A stretch of 62,334 nucleotides of DNA, filler included. It is 11 parts of 11 records of this genome, joined end to end, with 100 filler letters (N's around TTAATTAATTAA, not from the genome) between each part and the next. Parts side by side here need not be neighbours in the genome. Positions count along the whole stretch, not along the records: positions 35,338 to 41,546 come from SRR7504441_3879; positions 41,647 to 51,094 come from SRR7504441_3882; 9 more parts are not named here. The stretch is one strand, 5' to 3'. Below are positions 37,153-49,870 of this stretch, piece by piece. The notes below the pieces were generated by a model. It ran no database searches, was not told the origin of the DNA, and worked only from the letters and a program-made list of their open reading frames with translations. Made by a program: the position numbers and the translations under genes. Numbering within the stretch: position 1 is the stretch's first letter; every line of letters starts with the position of its first letter.

Positions 37153-39057
37153 TCAATCGATTTTCAAGACCCGTGTGGTTAGCATCGACTCGGCTTCCCC
37201 GGCGCACGTATCATGATCGTCGTGGGCTATCATCACCACCGTATTCCCCGCGCTGCAAACTCGCCCTCAGCAAGGCACAGCGCCACCGGCCCATTCACCT
37301 GGCCCAGCCAAGCTGCTTGACGATTGCAATTGCCTTGGACGGTGTGGCCCAGGTCTGACAAGCATCAATCGATCAACAAGGACACGCTGCACCTCTTCGT
37401 CATCGACCCACGGATACACTCCGCGCCAGAGCATCAGCTGCCTGCCCACCTGTGCGGCCCCTCAGCTGATCCAAGCCCCAGCTGTGCCTTCCGGTCATTG
37501 CAGACAGCAAAGATCGGGATGTTGCTGTGCTGCGCACTCACTAATCGAGCTGTGGTGCCCGTGTTGCTCAACACTACCAATAGTTGGGCCCGCATGTCCT
37601 TGGCTTGTTGCACTGCAGCCGCCACCGAGGAGGCCAGCGGTGAATCCTGATCCTTTGGCACCTGCACCATTAGGGTCAAGCGCCGCCCCAGCTGCCAGCC
37701 ACCTTGCGCTGCGACGCTAAGCCCCAGAATGAGCGCTGGACCACCGCTCCAGCAATTTTCTCCATCGCCTCGACCGCCTTGAGCGGATATCGTCCATAAG
37801 CTGACTCGCCGCTGAGCATCACGGCGTCGCACCCGTCGAAAATCGCGTTGGTCACATCTGCGGCCTCGGCTCGGGTCGGCCGAGGATTTTCGATCATCGA
37901 CTCAAGCATCTGCGTGGCTACAATCACTGGCTTGCCAACCTCACGGCAGCGGTCAATCATTAGCTTCTGGGCAATCGGTACTCTGTGAAATGGGATCTCG
38001 ACTCCGAGGTCCCCGCGAGCCACCATGATCCCGTCCGAGGCGTCCAGAATCTCATCAAAGTTGACCAGCGCTTCGCCGTTCTCCACCTTGGAGATGATCA
38101 TCGGCAGTGGATGACCAGCGCCCCACTGACTAACAGTGTGCTCCTTGAGGTAAGCTCGGATCTGGTGCACGTCCTCCGCCTTCCTGATGAAGCTCGCCGC
38201 CACGTAATCCACGTCATTCTCGACGCCAAACTTCAGGTCGGCCCGATCCTTATCAGTCAGTGGCGGCAAGTCCACCGCAGCACCCGGCAGATTCACCCCC
38301 CTGCGCGAGCCTATCCGAGCCGAGTTGCGCGCAGTGCACTCGAGCGCTCCGCCGGCTGTCTGCGCAGTCACTTCCAGTTCAAGTGCGCCGTCGTCCACCA
38401 GCACGGTATCGCCCACCCCGACTGTGGAGGCTAGCGAGGCGTAATCCACGTAGATCAGCTCTGGCGTGCACTGGTCGCGGTGGGCCGGATCTGTGCTCAG
38501 CGTGAGGCTGCTCCCAGCCTCCACCTGCATTTTATCTTTGCCAGTGTCGCCCACGATCCGGCCTGTACGGATCTCGGGGCCCTTGGTGTCCTGCGCCAGA
38601 GATCAGCCACCAATCTTAAGCCGGCCCGCGCACCAGCAGCACAGCGCGCAAGTTAAACCCGAGCGAAGCCGTGTTGTGGTTGCCTTTGCACTGGCGCAGC
38701 CGCTCGATCCGCATCGAGGCCTCCTCGTACGTGGCGTGCGAGAAGTTGATCCGCATGATCCGCATCCCCGCGGTCACAAGCTGCTGCAGGGTCTCGGTGT
38801 CTTCACTGGTGGGCCCGATGGTGGCGACCAATTTAGTCATGTTGATCGGGTATTTGCGCCCGCCGTCGGCGTTCTCAAACGGCAGCGTCTTGCCGGAGCC
38901 AAGGGCCGACAGTGTGTACTGCAGGGCTGGTGAGCCGGGCCCGGGACGGAGGGACCTTGGGGGTGGTCTCGAGCAGTTCTAGCAGCCCGCTCGCGCTCCA
39001 TCGGCGCTGGCAGGCTGCTGCCATACGCCGACCCGCCTGGCTCAGCTGTGTCTGCAT
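37153..39057 (-). CDS. PK: Pyruvate kinase with N-terminal extension (putative mitochondrial presequence)
   Basis: [77 protein letters not shown]. Six short introns. Confidence 0.95.
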
Positions 39058-39112
39058 CGTCAGCGTCCGTTATTTCAACGTGTTTGTCGTGCTGTACACA
39101 ATCATGGCTGGC

Positions 39113-39157
39113 TGTACACTTTAGTACACTATTATAACTAAAGTGTACACTTTAGTT
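39113..39157. repeat. 22-bp perfect palindrome AACTAAAGTGTACACTTTAGTT (39136-39157) with a partial copy TGTACACTTTAGT upstream
   Basis: Read directly from the sequence; lies ~80 bp upstream of the pyruvate kinase ATG. Confidence 0.9.
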
Positions 39158-39225
39158 CGCCATTGAGTCTCATGGTCGACAGTATACCCACCTACCCTAT
39201 ATACAATCATGCTGCTCGGGCTCGG

Positions 39226-39768
39226 TTACGGCTCGGCTTGCAACAACTGAGGGACTAATCGTCGAACCTGGTTGCACTGGCACGGCGCCGCAGGGGAATC
39301 GAGCCCATCGGCATCCGTCCGGACGTTGTAGCACAACTGCACTCTATCCAGCACCTCCTCCGCCTCCAGCCGGTACAGCCCCGCCAGCAGCACCGCGCAG
39401 AGGGTGCCAGCCCGGCCTCGACCAGCGTAACAGTGCACATAGCAGCACCGGCCGGCCCGAATCAGCCCGAGGCACTGCCTGGCCAGCTCGAGCAGCTTGT
39501 AGTCCGGGGCCACCCCCCCGTCCGGGATCGGGAGCCCTAGAAAGCTCACCGCCCCAGGCTGCCCGAGCTCCAAGTCGCGCCGGTACCCGGGCTTGGCCTC
39601 TTTGGGGGTGAGCAGGCTCACAAACAGGTCGACGCCGGCGAGCCGGAGCTGATCAAGTGCCGCAGGCCAGTCTGAGAGCTCACGGTGCCGCGGGAAGCAG
39701 CCCTGGTACAGCAGACCGGGCACCACCGCATTGGCCTTTGGGAGTGGGCCTGCGTAGTGTGCGGGCAC
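39226..39768 (-). CDS. Cys-based (CX5R) protein tyrosine/dual-specificity phosphatase-like; true start probably further upstream
   Basis: PIPDGGVAP acid loop; YVHCYAGRGRAGT P-loop; SP....Q..QV Q-loop. Confidence 0.85.
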   Translation of the reverse strand: MPAHYAGPLPKANAVVPGLLYQGCFPRHRELSDWPAALDQLRLAGVDLFVSLLTPKEAKPGYRRDLELGQPGAVSFLGLPIPDGGVAPDYKLLELARQCLGLIRAGRCCYVHCYAGRGRAGTLCAVLLAGLYRLEAEEVLDRVQLCYNVRTDADGLDSPAAPCQCNQVRRLVPQLLQAEP

Positions 39769-40046
39769 AGACCCGAGCGGCGGGAGAGCCGGGAGAGGTC
39801 TCGGGCTGGCGGCCCGAGCCTCCGGCCGGGCCGCCGCCTGAGCAGACCCTGCGCAGCCTATTGGGAACCGGACTGGCGGCAGCCGGCACTATCTTACACC
39901 CTCATCATGGTGGGGGTCCCTGGCAGTTATAATAATGAGTTTCGATCTACTGGTCACAATGAACACATCACACCGGAGCATCACGTCACGTGGTGCCGCC
40001 CTCAGAGCATCAGCTGCCCGAATGATCCCGAGCCGCACCACGCCAC

Positions 40047-40581
40047 ATGGGCTGCCGCGCCTCCAAGCCGAGGGACCGGCTGCTGGCCAACCCGCCCGCA
40101 CTCCGGCCGACCGGATTCGCGGCCGAGGCGCTCCGGGCTGAGTTCGGCCGGAGCCGCAACTGGAACGCCCCGATCTGCTTCAGCGTGCTCTTCACCGAGC
40201 ACGAGCTGCAGTTCGAGCTGACCGACCTCAAGCCATGCGACACGGTAGGAAAGCTCAAGCTGCTCTTGAGGGAGAAGCACTACGCAGTCCCGGTTCCGGA
40301 CCTGCAGGAGCTCCGGCTCGGTTTCCGGCTGCTCGAGGATGGCTGCTCGCTCGGTGCGGCCGGGGTCGCAGCCGGATCTGTCCTCACGCTCGGGCCCTGC
40401 GGGGGGGAAGAGCCTCGGGAGAATACCGAGCGCGTGGCCGAGGAAGGACTGCGCCGGAGAGCGGTGCCTGCGTGAGCGGCTGACTTGGCGGCCCGATTGA
40501 GGTGGACTGTTGCAGGCGGAGCCCGAGAGTGTCAGCCCCGACCAGGGAGGACCAACCACTCTTGCCCCGGGAGACGCATGA
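40047..40581 (+). CDS. Ubiquitin-like domain protein with N-acylation motif
   Basis: MGCRASK start; LKPCDTVGKLKLLL..QELRLGFRLLEDGCSLGAAGVAAGSVLTL Ubl pattern. One 3' intron. Confidence 0.65.
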
Positions 40582-40755
40582 TGATCGGCCATCTCACAGC
40601 GCCGGCTCGCTGATGACTATGCTGCAACTCCTTCGCAAGATCGGATCGAATGACGCATTCATGCTACCCATATAGATAAGCTCTTTCTAGGCAATTGTAC
40701 AATAGACACACAGTAGACATGCGTGCGATTGAAAGTCATTCCGCAATGAATCTAG

Positions 40756-41546
40756 TCATGTAATTTGTTTTGCAAACACGACACGATTGGCACCTTCGAA
40801 CCGTAAGATCTCCGCTTGAAGCCTCTCTGGATCCAGCTCTAAAAAGTACTCCACCAAACCGTTACAGCTCACAACCCCTTGTCCACTGCGTCGTTTACGC
40901 TGAAACAACTTGGGGAAGACACAGCATGGCACCACTGCCAAAGGAATCCGGCGCTCTAGCCCAAACATAACAGTAATGTCAGTCGCTTGGTCGGGATGCA
41001 ACCCAACAATCAGTTCGGCTTGGGCCGCCAGCTCGGGATGCCTCGACTCAAAGGTCGCGTCCAGAGGCTCATTGAGCACTGTCACCCTTCCGGATTCTTC
41101 AAGATCCCGAACTAGTGCGCCTGCATGCGCTGCTGGATCTACTAAGATCACCCTGCTAGCCCCAAGCTCAACCAGCTGCCTTGCGAGCGCCCCCCGCCCA
41201 CCCGCCGCTTCCAGCACGGTGCGGCCCGCTAGCTCTATGCCGAGGCTCGATGCTACAAACTCGGCAAAAGCCCTGTGTCTGGTTGGATCTGAGCCGTGGC
41301 AGCTCACCCGGGCCACCCAGCTTGAATGCTGCTCATAGCTCAGCCTTATCAGCTCCAGCACCCGGGCTGGGCCGATCTGGCCGTCGTGGCGCCAGACAGC
41401 CAGGTCCAAATACACCCCCATTGCGGCCCGGTCTTGCTTAGGGATCGCTAGCCGGCTCATCAACTGACAGATATCTAGCTGCTGCTGCGTAGTGTCGACT
41501 AGCACAGCTAATGTTGTGCTGTCCATGTCCGCCAGCTTTACTGTGA
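40756..41546 (-). CDS. Class I SAM-dependent methyltransferase-like protein (5' truncated)
   Basis: VLEAAGGRGAL glycine loop; IVGLHPDQATD; AVVPCCVFP. Confidence 0.75.
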
Positions 41547-41814
41547 NNNNNNNNNNNNNNNNNNNNNNNNNNNNNNNNNNNNNNNNNNNNTTAATTAATT
41601 AANNNNNNNNNNNNNNNNNNNNNNNNNNNNNNNNNNNNNNNNNNNNCTCGATTGCCGGCCATCGGGCCGGCCGAACGGGGGCCGACACGGGGCCAAGCAG
41701 ACAACACCCCCAATAGCCACTAGCGCTGGCGTCCGTTGACACGTACGTAATCTATTTTATTCCGGAGCGTCGGGCTGCGCGGCGGGCAAGTGGGCAGCCT
41801 GCTCCCGGGCCGGC

Positions 41815-43742
41815 ATGTCGAGCGACATACCTAAAGGCTGCTGGGGGCGGGTGTTCAAGGAGATCGACCCGGAGGTTGCCAAGCGCCAGAAGGTCGGGGC
41901 CCCAGGCAGAGCGTGTGGTGACCAGCCGGGTGCAGGAGGAGGAGGAGCGTCGTCAAAACGTCCATGAGATGTTTGTAGCGTGTGACGCTGACGGCAGCGG
42001 CACCATCGAGCGGTCTGAACTCAAGCCACTGCTCGTGTCCCTTGGGTTCTCCCTGTCGGACGAGCAGCTCGAGGGGGTTCTCGAAGAGGTTGCCCGCCGC
42101 GGCCCTGCCAGATTGTGACTCCTACTTCTGCCTGCAGATGCGGTTTCATTCAGGGGACCGGGAGGAGTTGGATTTTGAGGGCTTCATGTCCCTCGTGGAG
42201 GCGCAGAATAGTGTGAGAGACCTTGAGATGAAGCAGGTGAAGGCGCTGGGCGTCACTGTAACCCACAGTTGCTGACTGGCAGGTGTGGCCCATGTTTGAT
42301 CACGATGGAGATGGCAAGCTCACGTTTGAGGAGGTGGAGGCAGCTTTGATCCAGATTGGAATATCAGTTGAGGAAGAGGACATGAAGCGGATGTGGGATG
42401 CTGCTGACTTGAACAATGATGGCTCCATTACCTTTGACGAGTTCAGTCAGGCTAGCGGTGACGATGTCTGGAAAAAGACAGTGACAATGATGTCCATCCA
42501 GCAGAACTTTGCGAAACGGATGATGGGTATTGCTGACGGTCAGAAGAAGTGGATGGATCTCCTCGAGGAGCGAGAGGATGCTGACTTCTTAGTAGAACGA
42601 GCCAAAATTATGCGACGATGTGCTCTGCGTCAAAGTCCACAGGTGAAAGGAGCAATTGATACGCTGTGGAGCGTCTTTGATGGTATCCGGGTTGCAACTA
42701 GTCCAACAGGTGACCATCGGCTCATCAGCAAAAAGGTGTTTCTGACATATTTCCTCAAGATGGCGAAAACCATTCTCAAGGATGAATTCGATAAAGAAGA
42801 AATGATGGAGATGTCCGAGGAGGAATGGGTGCGCCAAACTGAGCGGTACAAAACCAAAGAGGCCGAGGCGGGTAATTCAGCTCCAGCCGATGGAGTAATT
42901 GACTATGAGGTCTTTTATGAGAGTATGTTTGAACTTTTGGATTACGAGGTAGGCGTGCAGGGTGTGTAGACTTGAGAAGGGTTTAGGTATCTCGGAAGGG
43001 CGAGAGGTTCATACAAGCCTCTACATACGCTGGATTTGCACATGGGCTTGTCAATCAGCTGGTAAGCAGTGGAGTGTCAGCATGGCATGAGCGTGCTGTA
43101 CAGGTGGTTGAAAAGATTTCAAACGGTACAAAGAAGTGGCAAAAGGGCCTCGAAGTTACTGCCCGGGACCGGCTTGGCCGAAATTGGGCTTGGTTGAAAC
43201 CAGAAGAGTTCAATTTCACTGAGCTTAAAGACTGGGAGTCCATTGATAGAGTCGCAGAGCAAGAGCTCAACAAGGAGGAGGCCATGACCACTGAAGCTAA
43301 AAAAGCCAAGGAAGCTCAGATGGCCAAGGAAGACGGTAAAGCCTTTGGGCAAAGATCAGCGGCCCGTGCTGTTGCGGCTCGGCCTGTTGCAAATCCATTA
43401 GCGATATTCAACAAAATGGACGTCAACGGTGACGGTGTACTCGACATTGATGAGATAACAGAGGCCTTGAGGTGCTCCCCGTAAAGCAAATCTCCGCTCA
43501 TTTTATGCTGTGGTGTAGTGACTTTGGCTTGATGGATGGAGCGATTGAAAGACTGGTGATGCACATGGACACCAACAATGACGGTATGCTTTAGATCATG
43601 CATTGCAACTACTAATTTGGCTGCTATAGGTGTGATTCAACAATCAGAGTTTATAGAAGGATATGGGCGGTGGTTAGACACAACAACGGGACGTCTGAAT
43701 TGTAACGTAGGCGGGATGATTAAGGGTCATGCATCACCATAA
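41815..43742 (+). CDS. Multi-EF-hand calcium-binding protein
   Basis: EF loops DADGSGTIERSE, DHDGDGKLTFEE, DLNNDGSITFDE, DVNGDGVLDIDE and DTNND|GVIQQSE, joined by short introns. Confidence 0.82.
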
Positions 43743-43940
43743 AACTAAGGGCTTAGGTAATAACAAATTAATGACAGAATTATACGGTAGTATTTATGTA
43801 ATAAGAATTAGATTGATGCGCAACGATCCAACTGCAAAGCAACCGGTCGTATAAGCCACAGCTGGTCGTCTCCTACTTATTGTCATTTTTGAGCATGCAA
43901 TTTTTATAAGCAAGGATTGCAAGCAATCAAGTCGAACGGT

Positions 43941-46318
43941 TTATCTTGAAACGTTGAATACAGTGTGGGGAATGTCGGTCTTGTTCATGGTGATTGATCA
44001 ACGCGGCCACCATGCATGGGCGCGGTTCACCATTGCCTCCAGCGAGCTATCTGCAATCATGGCCAAACTTTCGGAGCCCAAATGAGGTGAAAGACTGCTT
44101 GGCGATATTGTAACGAAGGAAACGAGGGTACCACAAACGATGCAGCCAATGCCTCCGGACAGGGACGACACCTTCATCTATGGGTGTCACGTCATTGCAT
44201 GCGCGTTCTGCTATCTAGTGGACAATTGAATCGAGAAAGTCTAAGAATGTCCTGTCATGCAGCTCGGTTTGTGGCAGCTCGACCGGTTCGGCATCGCGTT
44301 GAGGCGCGTGGAACGCATAAGCAGGTGGCTGCTGAGGTGCAGCGTGGCCTCCCGCAGCTGGTTGGATCGACTTGAACTTGTGAGCTTTCTTTGTCTGGGC
44401 CAGACGCTGTCGAGCTGCTTGCTTTTTCTGCTCAATCAGTTCCTTGGTATTCTTTCCGGACTTGGCAGGTGGAGATTCGGGGAAGCGCTGAAATGGCTGC
44501 TTCTGGCTGTCAAGCAGACATTGGCTGTTGACCGCCAAAGGCCTTCCTCCAACAAACAAGCTCTGAGCTGCCTGCTGCCTCGGGGCAACATTCGCCAGTC
44601 CATCATCAAAGGCGGCCCTTCTGATTTGTTCTACTGGTCGCCAGGCTGACATCCGATCCTCGCCCTGAGGTTGAAACTGCTCGCCAGGCCTGAGGTTGAA
44701 ACTGCTGTGGCCCTGCCCTGGCGATTGCAAATACATGAAGTCATCGTCAAGCATGCCATAGTCTCGATCCTGGAGCAGTTCGGCGGGTCTGTTGGGTGGC
44801 ATGCCAAACAGATTCTGAGGCACTTGCTGTGCTGTTGGGCGCCAGTGGGCTGCTTCATCGCCGTTTGGAAGAAACGAGCTCAGCATGCCCTCGGCAGTCT
44901 GCAGTTCCGTCGAAGGCTGCCAGTGCTCAAGTGGACAGCCATGGCTCTGTAAAGGTGCGTCAAAGAAACTTTGGGCTTCCTGTCGCGGCTGATCCTGGCG
45001 CTGCAGCCCTTCGAAGCTGGTCCTTTGAGCCTGTTCCAATGCATACCAGTTGGCTTCGGCCGCCTGACGAGGACAAGCAGCCCCACCCAGCTGCCTGAAG
45101 TTTGATTCGCCTCCCTCTTGTTCAGCATGAATGGGCTGCGCAAATTCGCGTGCCTCTTGCTGAGCCTCTCCGATCTGCACTGCTGACAAGTCAAACATGC
45201 AATCCCAAGATGCTTTCAATAGGTTGCTCGAGCCTGGTTGCGGCCCGCAGAGGAGAGGACACAACAGCCCTTCCTTTCGCACACTCATGCCGGGCACCAT
45301 GAGCTTGGGCTGGTTTACTGTTGGCCAGCTCGACTCACTGCCTGACAGTATGAGACTCAGAATGCGAAAGGCGTGGTGACACCTAGATAATCGCCGGACG
45401 TCGAATGCATGCGCGCAGCCAGCCTGCATATGCTGTTAGCCGCCCCTGCTGAAGCTGGTCCATGCACCGGTTGAAGAGTGCTTTGTCGCTAGGCGGGTTG
45501 AAACCGGAAGCAAGTGCTTCGGAATACTGCTCAATTTCTGCAGAAATACGCACACCAAATGGACCTGGGTTTGACCATCAGCGACGACAAGATCACGAGA
45601 CAACCTTTGGCAATGGTCGCCTGTTCTTTATTGCAGCAGTCAACGAGCATTTGACTGAGCTGTCCTCTCGATCCTGGCGGGGCGCCATCCAGGGAAATCA
45701 GCTTAGCATCGGATAGGCTCAGATTGGAGAGGTTTGCTCCTCTGCAGATCCTGAACAGAACGCGCTGTGGGTTTCGTCTGCTGGCGGCCAGCTGACCTCG
45801 AGTACCACGCTGGCTTATGCGACCCCTGCTGATCTTGCAGGCAGTACAGCAGTGGGGGATCAGCCTGCCCTTCCTTCGAGCACAGCGGAAGTTGACTGGG
45901 GCCCGGTTCGTTGGAGCTGTCGTCATCGAATGCGTCCAGGTCCTGTGTTTGGGCTCGACCCCGGCTGACCAGGCGGAGACCATGGGGATGACGAACGTGG
46001 GAACTGGAAAGCGCTGGGTCGAACACTGCGGCAGACTTGGGCATGCTTCTGGTTCGCCGTCCACCGGGTTTGCGCCATTCGCATCTGCTCGCTCCGGTGC
46101 GTCCTGACGCAACAGCGCTGGAAGCAGCTCGCCACGTGGGGGCACCTTCTGCAGCTGGGCCGCAGCGAATAGCGTTATCCGGGGCCGCTTCTTCTGCAGC
46201 GGCTGCGCCTGCGGATCGACTCGAGGGGTGATCTTGGTCGAAAGGAGCTGCCACCGCCGTTCGGCCTGTCCACCGGGCGGCCGCGCACATTCTTCCGGAC
46301 GGTCCGCCCCTCGCTCAT
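43941..46318 (-). CDS. Hypothetical multi-exon protein (3' end approximate)
   Basis: 404-aa ORF 44215-45429 plus upstream exons (MSEGRTVRKN|LLSTKITPRVDPQAQPLQKKRPR). No family recognised. Confidence 0.45.
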
Positions 46319-46492
46319 CGAAGTTCGAGATGTACCGCAGCCCGCCGGAGCAGTCCGTGCGAGGCTCGGAGCGCCGCGAAGAGAGTCGGGAGGCCGTAAG
46401 CCCGAGTGTGCAGGCTGCGAGTCCGTTGGAAGTTCGCGGGCTGCACCGAGCGCCGGGCACAGTAACCCAACCAGAGACTAGTGCGAGAGCTC

Positions 46493-49464
46493 ATGGCTGA
46501 GGTGCACGGGGGTCGTCACGCAGCACAGGCCGTGATACTGGGCTGTGCCCGCAGGTGACCCAGTCTGCGGCCAAGAAAGCCCGGAAGGACACCGTCAAGT
46601 TTACCAACAAGCGGAAAGACCCGGCTGCGCTGGCCAAACTGGAAGAAGGGGACGTCGCATTCAAAGCAGAGAACTGGGCACTGGCCAAGGTGCCTCCAGT
46701 CACGCCCCGCGTCGAAGCCGACTGCGTCGGGCCACAGGCGTGCTTCGAGGAAGCCACGCAGCTCGCCAAATCGTCCTCTGTCGAGAAGGTGAAGAAGGAG
46801 AAGGCGCCAAAGGTCCGGCTGCGCGCGGGGGCACCTCTGAGTCTAGAGCTGTCGATTCCAGCCGCCCAAGGCTGCGCCCGACCCGAAGAACACCACAGCA
46901 GTAGAGGAGGAGGCTCCAGCGACCTGCGTGCTGCGGGACCCGAAGGTGCCCCGTGGGCACAGCGCTGGTGCAGCAGCGGGGTGCGCGACAGGAAAACCTT
47001 GAGGCCAAACCCAAGAGCAAAGGCATCGAAAAGACCTTCGCTCTGAACACCCCGGAGCAGCTTGCTACACATCTCAAGGTGAGAAGCTGGCACCGCCCTG
47101 TCGCAGGCAGCCGACCGTCGATGCAGGCAACTAGTGGGGCTATCAGAACGCGGTTCCCTCCTGAGCCCAATGGCTATCTGCATATCGGGCACGCAAAAGC
47201 AATGAATTTCAACTTCGGGCAGGTGCTGTCTCGAGAGCTGTTGCCGTGCTGACCTGGGGCAGGCCAAGCTGAGCAGCGGAGGCTGCATTCTGCGATTCGA
47301 CGACACCAATCCCACTGCCGAAAAGCAGGTGGACAGCACTGCGGGGATGTCTGGATGTGACGCTGCTGTGTTGGCTGCAGGAATACATCGACTCAATTTT
47401 GGATAGCGTTGCCTGGCTGGGTCACGAGCCCATGCAGATCACGTACTCTTCAGACTACTTTGAGGAGCTGTATGCGCTTGCAATCAAGCTGATTGAGCGA
47501 GGCGAGGTGCCTGGCCGCACTCCGTGCTGTTCTCACTGCCATAGACGCTGACTCAGCCCAGGCGTATGTATGCCACCAAACTGCGGCAGACATTGCTGCC
47601 AGCCGTGCGCTGTGCAAGAAGGCCCAGGAACTGCGGAAGAAGGACCCCAATGCAGGACTCCCGGAGGGCGCGGAGTCTCCGTGAGCACCACCCACGAATA
47701 GGCTAATAATTGGATTGGCACTAACCTGCTGATCATCAGGTGGCGGAACCGCAGTGTGGAGGACAACTTGCAGCTGTTTGAGGAGATGAGAATGGTGAGT
47801 GCCTTTATAGAAACCAGCCTGTAAATTCATCCTGCGCCCAGGGCTTATGGGACGAGGGGTCGGCTTTTTTGAGGTTTAAAGGTAATCTGGAGAGCGACAA
47901 CCCCAATATGTGGGATCTTGCTGCATACAGGTGCATCCAATGGCAGGCCCCAACTCATGTCTTTGCAGAATCATGTTCTCTGAGCATCCACATTCAAAAG
48001 ATAAGTGGTGCGTCTATCCGACTTATGACTACACGCACTGTATTGTGGACTCGCTGGAGAACATCACACACTCTTTGTGCACTCTCGAGTTCGAGCTGCG
48101 GCAGGCAGCATATGGTTCTTATTATTGGCTGCTGGACAAGCTCGACATGTACAAGCCCGTGACGTGGGAGTATTCGAGGTAGCAGCTCCACTGATTCAGA
48201 GCCTGGGCCTGTCTCCTCTTCTGCTGCTCAACTCGTGCCTGTAGGTGCAACATTGAGTACAATGTGCTGTCAAAGCGCAAATTAAACCAGCTCGTCACGC
48301 ATGGGCATGTGAATGGGTACTTTCATCTGCTTGCCAGGCTTGTGTTTTCTTACCGCTGTTCATGGTGGCAGCTGGGATGACCCACGCCTACTCACCATCT
48401 TTGGCATGAAGCGGCGTGGCTACAGTGCAAACGCGATCAACAAATTCTGCACCAAGATTGGAGTGACCAGGTGCCTTCTTGTTGCTCCAAAATTGAACGA
48501 CTGTTGCCTTGCAGAGCAGAGAACTTGACCAAGATGGAAGTCCTCGAAGGAGTTGTGCGTTCGGAGCTTGATGAAGCAGCACCAAGAGCATTTGCCATCC
48601 TGGACCCTCTGGTGGTTAGGATCAGCAATCATCCTGGTGGTGCAGAATGGTTTGAGTTAAGTGTGCATCCGAAGAAAGACATGGGAAAGCGAAGAGTTCC
48701 CTTCAGTGGCTCTGTTGTGATAGATCGCAGCGATTTCAGGGAGGAAGATGCTGCAGGGTATTACGGGCTAGCTCCAGGAAAGGAAGTCAAACTCCTTGGC
48801 GCATACAACATCACCTGCACTGAAGTCAAGTATGGATCTGATGGAACTGTCTCTGAGTTGATAGCAACATATGATAAAGAAAACTCCAACAAGCCAAAAG
48901 GAAATCTATCATGGCTCTCTCTGGATCATGCTGTTCCTGCAGAGGTGTGCTACATACCTTTCATTCGTTCTATTGTCTCCAACTGGGGGTTTAGGTGCGG
49001 CTTTACAACAAGCTCTTCAGTTTTCCAATTCCAGGGAAGAGGGGCACAGACGACACAATACCTGACCAAGACGAGGAAGAGGAGGTGAATCCTTGCCGCT
49101 TGTTAGGGCAGTTGCTAACTCTGTTTCTAGGCTGAAGTCGCGGATGCAGCAGGTACCCCTCAGTGGTTGAAGGATTTGAACCCTGACTCGATGGTCATCA
49201 TCAATAACGCATTGGTTGAAGCCTCTGTGGTAACGCCTCCAACATGCTATTGAATCTAAGTTAGTTCGAAAAACACTTCGTGATGGTCCGATCCCTAAGT
49301 CATGCTGTGAACTGCAGGCCGAGAAGCGGGCTGCTCCTGGCTCCAGCTTCCAGTTCATGCGAGTCGGCTACTTTACGGTCGACCTTGATTCATCAGCATC
49401 CAACTTGGTCCTGAATCGGGTCGTTTCATTGAAGGAATCAGCTGACGCGAAGGCCCTGAGATGA
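46493..49464 (+). CDS. QARS: Glutaminyl-tRNA synthetase, intron-rich
   Basis: [19 protein letters not shown] (HIGH), [54 protein letters not shown]. Confidence 0.96.
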
Positions 49465-49870
49465 TACGCTGCATGGATTCAAGGAAATGCGCGCAAACGA
49501 AGGCTCCACGTAATCACTGATCTGGATTCTGGAGCACCCGGAGCGCCGATAGAATGCCGAGTTGTCACTTCTAGAATTGAGTCATGGCTAGAATTACGCT
49601 GGAATAAAAGAAGCAAGTAGGGCAGCCCTGGGATTTGCATTTATACTACTTTTATTAGCAATCAAGGGGGTTTAAAGTTCCCAGGTTAGAGGACCCGCAG
49701 CCCCCGCTACATAATTACTAGTCCTACATAATCGTGCCGGCCGGTGATTTGTAGATTACATGTAATGAAGTCCTATTTATTGACATTAATTTTAGAAAGA
49801 ATTTTAGAAAATTTGGGAGTCAGTCGACGCCATGATCGCGAATTGGTTTTGGTTGCGTCGATTGTAAGCT

